DNA of 22,984 bases, from positions 1 to 22,984 of the forward strand of contig JBFJCP010000047.1 of NCBI GenBank assembly GCA_041615815.1. The letters are read 5' to 3'. Below, in pieces: positions 16,589 to 22,984 of this stretch; the first letter of the stretch is position 1, and every line of letters starts with the position of its first letter. The DNA comes from Gemmatimonadales bacterium (GTDB lineage: Bacteria; Gemmatimonadota; Gemmatimonadetes; Gemmatimonadales; GWC2-71-9). The notes beneath the pieces are model-generated. The model worked only from the letters and a program-made list of their open reading frames with translations. It had not been told where the DNA came from and did no database searches. A program made the translations under genes and the position numbers.

Positions 16589-17076
16589 ACTGCGTGGAAG
16601 CGCGGGAACGGATTCTCGAAGCGGACCTGCCGGAGCTGAGGGAGACGGGTGCGTCGGATTTGAGCAAGCATCTGCGGCTGTGCGCGAGATGTCGTGGCGC
16701 CGCCGAGCGGATTCTGCGCGAGGAGCTGGCATTGGCGAATGCGCTGGCGGCGCTAGAGCCGACGGCCGCCGACAACAAAGCCACGGATCACCCGGCTGTG
16801 GGTGATGCTCGTACGATCGCGGATCGCACCACGGCTGATCGCCAGCGTTCCGCTCCCCGGCGCTGGTGGTGGGCAGTGGCCGCACCCGCAGTGGCGGCCG
16901 CGGGTCTCGTGGGAATCATGGTGACGCGGGGAACCGTGACCGTCGATCCGGAAGCAGGCGTGATCCCGACGCTGGAGATGTTGCCGCCCACTCCACTCAT
17001 CGAGCCGGCGGCGGCACGCGACTTCGCCGTGTTCGAAACGGACAATCCGGACATCGTGGTGGTTTGGTTCTTTTGA
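16585..17076 (+). CDS. zinc-binding (ZAS-type) transmembrane anti-sigma factor
   Basis: Translationally coupled to the sigma gene (ATGA). ZAS motif HLRLCARC (H-x3-C-x2-C). One TM helix (WWWAVAAPAVAAAGLVGIMV). Short extracytoplasmic tail. Confidence 0.75.
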   Translation: MNCVEARERILEADLPELRETGASDLSKHLRLCARCRGAAERILREELALANALAALEPTAADNKATDHPAVGDARTIADRTTADRQRSAPRRWWWAVAAPAVAAAGLVGIMVTRGTVTVDPEAGVIPTLEMLPPTPLIEPAAARDFAVFETDNPDIVVVWFF

Positions 17077-17078
17077 CA

Positions 17079-17134
17079 GGGGGGATGGGCCGGATAGGCG
17101 GCGGAAGCGGCAGGGGCGGCAGGGGCGGCAGAGG
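17079..17134. repeat. G-rich intergenic repeat, copy B (GGGGGGATGGGCCGGATAGGCGGCGGAAGCGGCAGGGGCGGCAGGGGCGGCAGAGG)
   Basis: Read directly. Begins 3 nt after the anti-sigma stop and ends about 25 nt before the lipoprotein ATG. Confidence 0.8.
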
Positions 17135-17159
17135 TGAAGCAAGCGAAAAGGTGCACACA

Positions 17160-17828
17160 ATGAAACCGACAATGCTGATTGCGCTTGGTGTTCTTGCTGT
17201 TGTCCTCACGGCATGCGGCCCCGGAACGCGGCTCGAGACTCGGACCTTCGAGGTGCAATACCTGCAACCACACGAGGTCGAGGAGCTCATCGCTCCATAC
17301 GTCTTCAACGAGCAGGCCCGTCTCTCGGTGGGCAGCACGGCCATTTCGGTGCGCGAGACGGCGGCCAACTTGGACCAGATCGAGCGAGTCCTTGCCCGCT
17401 ACGATCGGCCCAAGCCGGGGGTACGGCTCCATTTCCAGCTCATCCGGGCCAACGGGACAGATCGCACCGATCCGGAGATTGCGGATGTCGAATCCGCCCT
17501 GCGAAAGCTGTTCCGGTTCCAGGGATATCGGCTCGTGGCCGAGGCGGTGGTGGCGGGGGTGGAGGGTAGCCAGGCACAACAAGCCATCCGTGCGCAGGGA
17601 TCGGGCGCGCAGTACGCCATCAGCGCGCACATCATGGAAGTCAGAGCGGTCGGTGACAGCGGGACGGTCCGCGTGTTGGTCAACCTCATGATGGAGAACA
17701 TCGGGACGGCGCTTCAGACCGGTGTGAACTTGAGGGCCGGGCAGACCGTTGTACTAGGCAACGTGCAAGCGGATCCGCAGAGTGACACGATCATTCTGAC
17801 GGTGCGGCCGGAGTTTGTGGAGACGTAG
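17160..17828 (+). CDS. lipoprotein of unknown function (two tandem ~90-aa alpha/beta modules)
   Basis: Start at the internal ATG with AAAGG upstream. Signal peptide and lipobox MKPTMLIALGVLAVVLTAC. The ORF-track extension to 16866 reads through repeat B and the anti-sigma 3' end and is rejected. Confidence 0.7.
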   Translation: MKPTMLIALGVLAVVLTACGPGTRLETRTFEVQYLQPHEVEELIAPYVFNEQARLSVGSTAISVRETAANLDQIERVLARYDRPKPGVRLHFQLIRANGTDRTDPEIADVESALRKLFRFQGYRLVAEAVVAGVEGSQAQQAIRAQGSGAQYAISAHIMEVRAVGDSGTVRVLVNLMMENIGTALQTGVNLRAGQTVVLGNVQADPQSDTIILTVRPEFVET

Positions 17829-17870
17829 GGCGGGATAGGCGGATACGGGGGAGCAGCAGGGGCGGCAGGA
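17828..17870. repeat. G-rich intergenic repeat, copy C (GGGCGGGATAGGCGGATACGGGGGAGCAGCAGGGGCGGCAGGA)
   Basis: Read directly. Lies in the convergent spacer between the lipoprotein (+) and the DUF1059 gene (-). Confidence 0.75.
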
Positions 17871-17911
17871 AGAATCGATGCGAGTATCCGGCCGCCGCTA
17901 CCGCCTGACTA

Positions 17912-18088
17912 TCACACGGTTTTGATCGCGCCTTTCACCTTGGCGGCAAGATCCGGCGTCACCTCCTGAATGTCGTGCACGTCCTTGGCGTGGGCTGCCG
18001 CTTTCTGCATTACCTCTTGTTCGGTTTCACCCTTGGCCACGAAATCGCAGCCCGGCATCAAGTCGTTGCACTGGAGTTGCTTGGCCAT
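17912..18088 (-). CDS. DUF1059-family small metal-binding protein (58 aa)
   Basis: Not in the ORF track (too short). Own translation of the minus strand: MAKQLQCNDLMPGCDFVAKGETEQEVMQKAAAHAKDVHDIQEVTPDLAAKVKGAIKTV. This fits the DUF1059 consensus (MAKxLxCxDxGxDCDFxxxGETEEEVLxKAAEHAxxxHG...E) well. AAGGAG 11 nt upstream of the ATG. A CT-rich tract lies further upstream. Confidence 0.7.
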   Translation of the reverse strand: MAKQLQCNDLMPGCDFVAKGETEQEVMQKAAAHAKDVHDIQEVTPDLAAKVKGAIKTV

Positions 18089-18245
18089 TGCTCTAGGTCT
18101 CCTTGATGGCAGTCAGTGATTGAAGTTAGAAAAGGAGCGGAAGAGACGGAAGAGACAGAGAGCAAAGGCGAGCGAATCCCTCCCTTACGTGAGCCTTACC
18201 ACCCTCACACATACCAATTGACCCCCACTTGACGGCCACTCCTCA

Positions 18246-21164
18246 TTGTTTCTTCAGGGAGGGCGCCGTACGTTGGCCGAAGTCGGTACAGAGCTGGAAC
18301 TCGTGAGCGTCGCTGAAGGTCGCATCACCACGATTGCCGGCCGCTACACCTTGGAGCGCGAGTTGGGTCGAGGCGGCATGGCCGTGGTGTACCTCGCCAC
18401 CGATTCTCGCCATCATCGCAGCGTCGCCATCAAAGTGTTGGACCCGCAGATTGCCGAGTCCACGGGCAAGCAGCGATTCCTGCAAGAGATCCGCATCGTC
18501 GCACAGCTCACCCACCCGAACATTCTCACGCTCATCGATTCGGGCCAGATCAATGGGGCGCTCTACTACGTCATGCCCTACGTGGATGGTGAGTCCCTGC
18601 GCACGCGCCTGAATCGTGAACGGCAGCTTCCGTTGCGGGACGCACTGCAAATCGCGCGTGAGGTGGCGGAGGCGCTCGATTACGCGCATCGACAAGACGT
18701 GATGCATCGGGACATCAAACCCGAGAACATTCTGCTCGAGGATGGTCACGCCGTCGTGGCCGATTTCGGGATTGCGTGTGCGATCAGGGAAGCCCGGGGC
18801 GAGAGCTGTACCATGCCGGGTGTCGTCGTCGGCACACCGTCTTACCTGAGCCCGGAGGTGTGCTCCGGCACTGCAGATCTGGATGCGCGCGTGGACATCT
18901 ACGCGCTCGGCTGCGTGCTGTACGAAATGCTCACCGGGGAGCCGCCGTTCACGGGACCCAACGGGCAGGCAATCATGGCGCGGCACGTGAACGAACCGGT
19001 TCCATCGCCTCGAGTTCTGCGCCCTTCCCTCTCCGAATCCGTGGAAGCGACGGTCAAAACGGCGCTCGCCAAGGCACCTGCCGATCGTTTTAGCTCGGCG
19101 GCGGAATTGGCAGAAACCGTCCGCGTGCTCGAGACGGGAGAGCAGGTCAAGATCTTGCGCGCCGTTCGGCGCCGGACGCGGTTCGCCCTCGCCGTGGCAG
19201 GGGTAGGGGTCGCGGCGTTTCTGGGCTGGCGGGTGTTTTGGCCCACGGTGGAGGCGTTCGATCCTCAACGCGTCGTCGTGTTTCCCACGGTCCAAAGTGG
19301 CGAGCTGGGCGGCAATGCCGATCTTGGCGAGCAGGTAACCATTGCGCTGCTCAACGCGCTCAACAGCACCGAGGTCGTGAAAGCCGTGGATGGGTGGCGG
19401 TTGCTCACCGAGCGACAGCGAGCGGATGTCCGGGGAATCTCGCCCAGGACCAGCCGATCGTTGGCACACCGGGCGGGGGCGGGCGCGTATCTCGAGGGAC
19501 GCATCCTCGCGGCCGACTCGCTCCGCTTGTCGCTACAGCTCATGACCCTCGACGGCGAATCCGGAGTTCAGCGCGTCATCGCGTTTGCGAGAAGCGCAGA
19601 CCCCTGGACGATCGGCGTCCACGCTGCGACCGCCCTGCTCCCCGCACTGATTCCCGCGGGCCGGCGCGGCGATCTCGTAACGCTCAATGCGCGCGACCCC
19701 GCCGCCACGGCCAGCTTCCTCCGAGGTGAACAGGCGTACCGGCGTGCGCAGTTCGAGGACGCGTTGGGACATTACCGCCACGCGGTGGTGGTCGACACGG
19801 CTTTTGCTCTGGCAGCGTTGCGGGGAGCCCAAGCCGCCAGCTGGAACTATCGACTGTTCGAAGCAGGCGAGTTCCTCGCGGCCGCACTGACCCATGCCCA
19901 CGGTCTCAATCCTCAGGACCTGCACTTAGCGCGGGGGTTCTCGGCCTACCTGCGCGCACGGGCTGACTCTGCCGTGCGCCATTTTCGCCTCGCGGTGGTC
20001 ATGGAACCGGAGTGGCCGGAAGCGTGGACGATGCTGGGCGAAGTGTACACGCATCTCCTCCCTCTCGCGGCACCACTCGATTCGCTGGCCGAGGTGGCGT
20101 TCAGGGCGGCACACATTAAAGAACCGGACTTCGGGCCGGCGCTCTACCATCTCCTCGAGATCGCGATTCGCAAGGGCGACCGTCAGGAGGCGCGGCGTCT
20201 CTTGAACCGATTTCAGGCGGGCACTCCGGACTCGCGTCAGCTCCTGACGGTGGATCTCATGTATCGGTGCGTGTTCAACTCGCCATCAATCATCGATTGG
20301 CGGCGGTACGTGCATCGGGGACCGCAGCAGGTGGTCGACGCCGCGCGATCCCTCACGGTGGGGGGCATCCGGCAGCCGGTCTGCGCAGAATCGGCGTGGA
20401 GGGCGGTATTGGCCCACGATTCAGCAAGGGACAATGCGTGGGACAACCGGCGGTGGGGCGCGCTTCGAGGTCTCCATGCCGTGCTCGTGGCGCAAGGAAG
20501 AACGGAGGAGCTCAAGACCACGCTTTCGGCCGATACCGTGTTCGGACGTGGGCTCATCGAACGGCTGCATATTCTCGCGGCCCTGGCGGGCGCGGACGTG
20601 CATCGTGAAGCAGCTGAGGCGGCCGACCATCTCCAGGAGGTGTACCGCGCCGATCCCACCGGGATGCGGAGCCTGCACGTGTGGCACCTCGGGATCTGGA
20701 ACGCGTCGCGGGGAGACGTTGCGACGGCCGAGGGTATCAGCGGCATGCTTGCAACGAGAGCAGCCAGCAGCGGAGATCGCCGCGAGCGCTTGCTGTCTCG
20801 GAGTCTGGCCGCACGGGTTGCGCTCGCCGCCGGGGACTCGAACGTGGCGCTCGGCCGGCTGCAGACCCTCGTCCCCGACACGGGTCGAGCGCCGCTCACC
20901 TGGAACGCGTGGGAATCCCTGGGGGGTGAGCGCATGCTGTTGGCCGAGCTCTTGATGGCGTCCGGCCGGTACGCGGAGGCGTGGCGCGTGGCGTCCAACT
21001 TCGATGCGCCGGCCCCGGTTCCCTACACGATGTACGTGCCCGCAAGCCTGGCGCTCCGCATCCGGATCGCCAGAGCACTCCAACAACAGGAGGTAGCACG
21101 AGGACTCACACGACGTCTCGTCGCGCTCGGGCGCGAGGATCTGATTCCGTTGGACGTGAACTGA
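18246..21164 (+). CDS. membrane Ser/Thr protein kinase with extracytoplasmic VVVFP/TPR-like sensor domain (paralogue of 5731..8556)
   Basis: GRGGMAVVYLA, VAIKVL, HRDIKPENILL, DFGIA, GTPSYLSPE. TM helix FALAVAGVGVAAFLGW. C-terminal domain begins QRVVVFPTVQ and aligns by eye with kinase 1 (FLRGEQAYRRAQFEDALGHYRHAVVVDTAFALAAL versus FVDGEAAFHRNAWRTAVRHYRDAFAIDSSFALAAW). No in-frame ATG lies before the Gly loop. The start is probably the TTG at 18273, 9 nt after GGGAGGG, or the GTG at 18303; 18246 is the maximal ORF. Confidence 0.8.
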   Translation: MFLQGGRRTLAEVGTELELVSVAEGRITTIAGRYTLERELGRGGMAVVYLATDSRHHRSVAIKVLDPQIAESTGKQRFLQEIRIVAQLTHPNILTLIDSGQINGALYYVMPYVDGESLRTRLNRERQLPLRDALQIAREVAEALDYAHRQDVMHRDIKPENILLEDGHAVVADFGIACAIREARGESCTMPGVVVGTPSYLSPEVCSGTADLDARVDIYALGCVLYEMLTGEPPFTGPNGQAIMARHVNEPVPSPRVLRPSLSESVEATVKTALAKAPADRFSSAAELAETVRVLETGEQVKILRAVRRRTRFALAVAGVGVAAFLGWRVFWPTVEAFDPQRVVVFPTVQSGELGGNADLGEQVTIALLNALNSTEVVKAVDGWRLLTERQRADVRGISPRTSRSLAHRAGAGAYLEGRILAADSLRLSLQLMTLDGESGVQRVIAFARSADPWTIGVHAATALLPALIPAGRRGDLVTLNARDPAATASFLRGEQAYRRAQFEDALGHYRHAVVVDTAFALAALRGAQAASWNYRLFEAGEFLAAALTHAHGLNPQDLHLARGFSAYLRARADSAVRHFRLAVVMEPEWPEAWTMLGEVYTHLLPLAAPLDSLAEVAFRAAHIKEPDFGPALYHLLEIAIRKGDRQEARRLLNRFQAGTPDSRQLLTVDLMYRCVFNSPSIIDWRRYVHRGPQQVVDAARSLTVGGIRQPVCAESAWRAVLAHDSARDNAWDNRRWGALRGLHAVLVAQGRTEELKTTLSADTVFGRGLIERLHILAALAGADVHREAAEAADHLQEVYRADPTGMRSLHVWHLGIWNASRGDVATAEGISGMLATRAASSGDRRERLLSRSLAARVALAAGDSNVALGRLQTLVPDTGRAPLTWNAWESLGGERMLLAELLMASGRYAEAWRVASNFDAPAPVPYTMYVPASLALRIRIARALQQQEVARGLTRRLVALGREDLIPLDVN

Positions 21165-21186
21165 GCCCGTTCACAGGAGGTGTGAC

Positions 21187-21423
21187 ATGCCCAGAAGCAG
21201 CCCCGGGTCGCATGCCGTCAAAAAGCCTTGGTTCATTCCCAAGGTGCCTCAGGGCGGTGAGGACAAAGATCTGACCGATCTCAGACTCTGGGTCCGAGAC
21301 ATGGTCGACTGGGGCAAGAGAGTTCGCAGAGACATCCTCGATCTGGAGAAGAACGTGGATGCCTTGAAGGGCACGATGACTCCCGCTGGCGATCCTGGCG
21401 ATCCGCCGCCCGAACCGGAATAA
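21187..21423 (+). CDS. small hypothetical protein (78 aa), basic/coiled-coil middle and Pro-rich C-terminus
   Basis: ATG with a perfect AGGAGG 6 nt upstream, 22 nt after the kinase stop. No recognisable family. Confidence 0.5.
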   Translation: MPRSSPGSHAVKKPWFIPKVPQGGEDKDLTDLRLWVRDMVDWGKRVRRDILDLEKNVDALKGTMTPAGDPGDPPPEPE

Positions 21424-21582
21424 CCCTGTAGCGTGATCTGACGAGACCGAGCGGGATGCCGGGCCAGGCCGACGTCGGATTCGGCCAACGCGCCCACCGA
21501 CGAATCAAGCGGCCAACGGCGGTCGGCTGGACCCGCACCCGCTCGGCTCGAGGATCATCGTAGGAGGGGATACAACACACAG

Positions 21583-21616
21583 ACAAAACCCCCGGCGATC
21601 GCCGGGGGTTTTGTTT
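21583..21616. terminator. bidirectional rho-independent terminator (ACAAAA-CCCCCGGCGATCGCCGGGGG-TTTTGTTT)
   Basis: Perfect 8-9 bp GC stem around a GATC centre, flanked by an A-tract on one side and a T-tract on the other. Lies between convergent genes, 22 nt from the minus-strand lipoprotein stop. Confidence 0.8.
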
Positions 21617-21637
21617 CCCCTGGGGTCCTGTGGACCA

Positions 21638-22252
21638 TCAGGTGGTGCCGGGATCCATGTCCCGCTCGCACACCTTGCCGCCTGTGCGGGTGCGGCCGTC
21701 CGGCGTGATGGTGACGGTGACGTCGATGGTGCAGGTCCCCGAGACACCTTCGCCGTCCACCCAGGTAAACTGTCCGTTGATGGTCAGCTCGCCCGAATGG
21801 TCGCCGTTCTCGATGGCGATCTGTCCCATCTTGGTGATCCCGGGATCGACCGTGTTGATGGTGAACGTGCGATCGCGGTGCATGACCACACAGTCCGTGG
21901 CCACGATGGTGGCCTCGCTGGTGATCGTGCCGGACCGGTTCTCCCGATCGATGGTCCCCTCCATGGAGCCGGACACCTCGAGGGTGCCGCCACCGGGGCA
22001 GGTCCTGCTATGGGTGAAGCTGAACGACCGCTCCACCGGTGGGGCGGCCAGGTTGGCTGCGGGCGAAGGGGAGAGCCCCGTCCCAACACCCGCAGCCACG
22101 CCGCCAGCGGCGGCGCCTACGAATTGACCCCCGACGGCCGCGGCCTCTTCCTGACTCAGCTGGGCGCCGGGCCCACTGGCATCGCTACAGGCTGCGGCAA
22201 ACGCACCGATGACGAACAGCGCGGTCGTCTTCCACATGGCGTGTTTTTGCAT
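21638..22252 (-). CDS. secreted lipoprotein of unknown function (beta-rich, four Cys)
   Basis: Signal peptide and lipobox (M)WKTTALFVIGAFAAAC, with the alternative ATG at 22237. Gly/Ala-rich linker, then a beta-rich domain. Confidence 0.6.
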   Translation of the reverse strand: MQKHAMWKTTALFVIGAFAAACSDASGPGAQLSQEEAAAVGGQFVGAAAGGVAAGVGTGLSPSPAANLAAPPVERSFSFTHSRTCPGGGTLEVSGSMEGTIDRENRSGTITSEATIVATDCVVMHRDRTFTINTVDPGITKMGQIAIENGDHSGELTINGQFTWVDGEGVSGTCTIDVTVTITPDGRTRTGGKVCERDMDPGTT

Positions 22253-22355
22253 CCATACCTCGCTTACGGTGAACCCAAAGCGCCCGGTCCGTCTCGTCCG
22301 AGCAGCGACATAGTACCCACCAAGATAGACGTTGGGTCCAAGGCGGTCGTTAAGG

Positions 22356-22373
22356 ACGTGATCTAGGTCACGT
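22356..22373. promoter_or_regulatory. 18-bp palindrome ACGTGA-TCTAGG-TCACGT in the divergent lipoprotein/tadA promoter region
   Basis: Perfect 6-bp inverted arms read directly. The spacer contains CTAG. Confidence 0.35.
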
Positions 22374-22392
22374 TGGTGGGATCATGCAACAG

Positions 22393-22423
22393 AAGGCGGC
22401 AGGGGCGGTACAAGCGGCAGAGA
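22393..22423. repeat. partial G-rich repeat, copy D (GAAGGCGGCAGGGGCGGTACAAGCGGCAGAG)
   Basis: Shares the GGCGGCAGGGGCGG core with copies A, B, C and E. Lacks the GGGATAGGCGG unit. Confidence 0.5.
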
Positions 22424-22462
22424 TGCAGAAGAGGGTACCGGGCTGGCAGGCGTCGGTGCTAG

Positions 22463-22951
<489 letters not shown>

Positions 22952-22984
22952 GGGCTAGGGGTTAGAACCCTTCGACGCGCGCAC

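Noticed and set aside
16866-17159. 98-codon 5' extension of the lipoprotein ORF, and minus-strand ORF 16788..17630
   Set aside because: The extension runs across the anti-sigma 3' end and repeat B (a Gly/Arg-rich translation). The signal peptide and lipobox begin at the internal ATG at 17160. The minus-strand ORF is antisense to two supported genes.
15849-17870. Possibility that the G-rich repeats are a CRISPR array
   Set aside because: Units differ in length and sequence. There is no constant direct repeat with unique spacers of regular size, and copies are separated by whole genes.
18243-19469. 408-aa minus-strand ORF
   Set aside because: It is the exact antisense of the kinase-3 catalytic domain; there are no motifs and no RBS.
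21611-22366. 251-aa plus-strand ORF and 165-aa ORF 21630..22127
   Set aside because: They are antisense to the lipoprotein gene, which has a clear signal peptide and lipobox, and run through the terminator hairpin.

Overview
The window is a GC-rich bacterial chromosomal segment (GC content estimated by eye). It has no tRNA or rRNA genes, no CRISPR array and no transposase. Its most striking property is the density of eukaryotic-like Ser/Thr kinases: three intact membrane-spanning sensor kinases and one degraded remnant in 23 kb, consistent with Gemmatimonadota-, Acidobacteriota- or Myxococcota-like lineages, although the lineage cannot be decided from sequence alone. On the minus strand, nt 10657 down to 1607 form a co-oriented gene chain: an NfeD-like membrane protein and a flotillin, then a Ser/Thr kinase whose stop overlaps the start of an AfsR/SARP-type regulator with an NB-ARC ATPase, then a Tat-signal small subunit and a GMC flavoprotein oxidoreductase. 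The central region encodes a DUF998 membrane protein, an orphan CsgG-family lipoprotein, and a 941-aa kinase that combines a zinc ribbon, a kinase domain, a TM segment, two Big_2 domains and a seven-bladed RCC1 propeller. That kinase is divergent from an ECF sigma factor, its zinc-binding anti-sigma factor and a lipoprotein. The right end carries a DUF1059 miniprotein, a third kinase paralogous to the first, a small coiled-coil ORF, a bidirectional terminator, a lipoprotein and tadA. Beyond the genes, a family of G-rich repeats (GGGATAGGCGG units plus (GGCAGGGGY)n tracts, one copy a canonical G4N5G4N5G4N5G4 quadruplex motif) marks the intergenic spaces around the sigma/anti-sigma/lipoprotein cluster, and an in-frame copy lies inside the sigma-factor linker. 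Several palindromic or phased candidate operator elements and a chimeric GAF/kinase pseudogene are also reported. All functional calls rest on motifs recognised by eye in the supplied translations; no database search was run.
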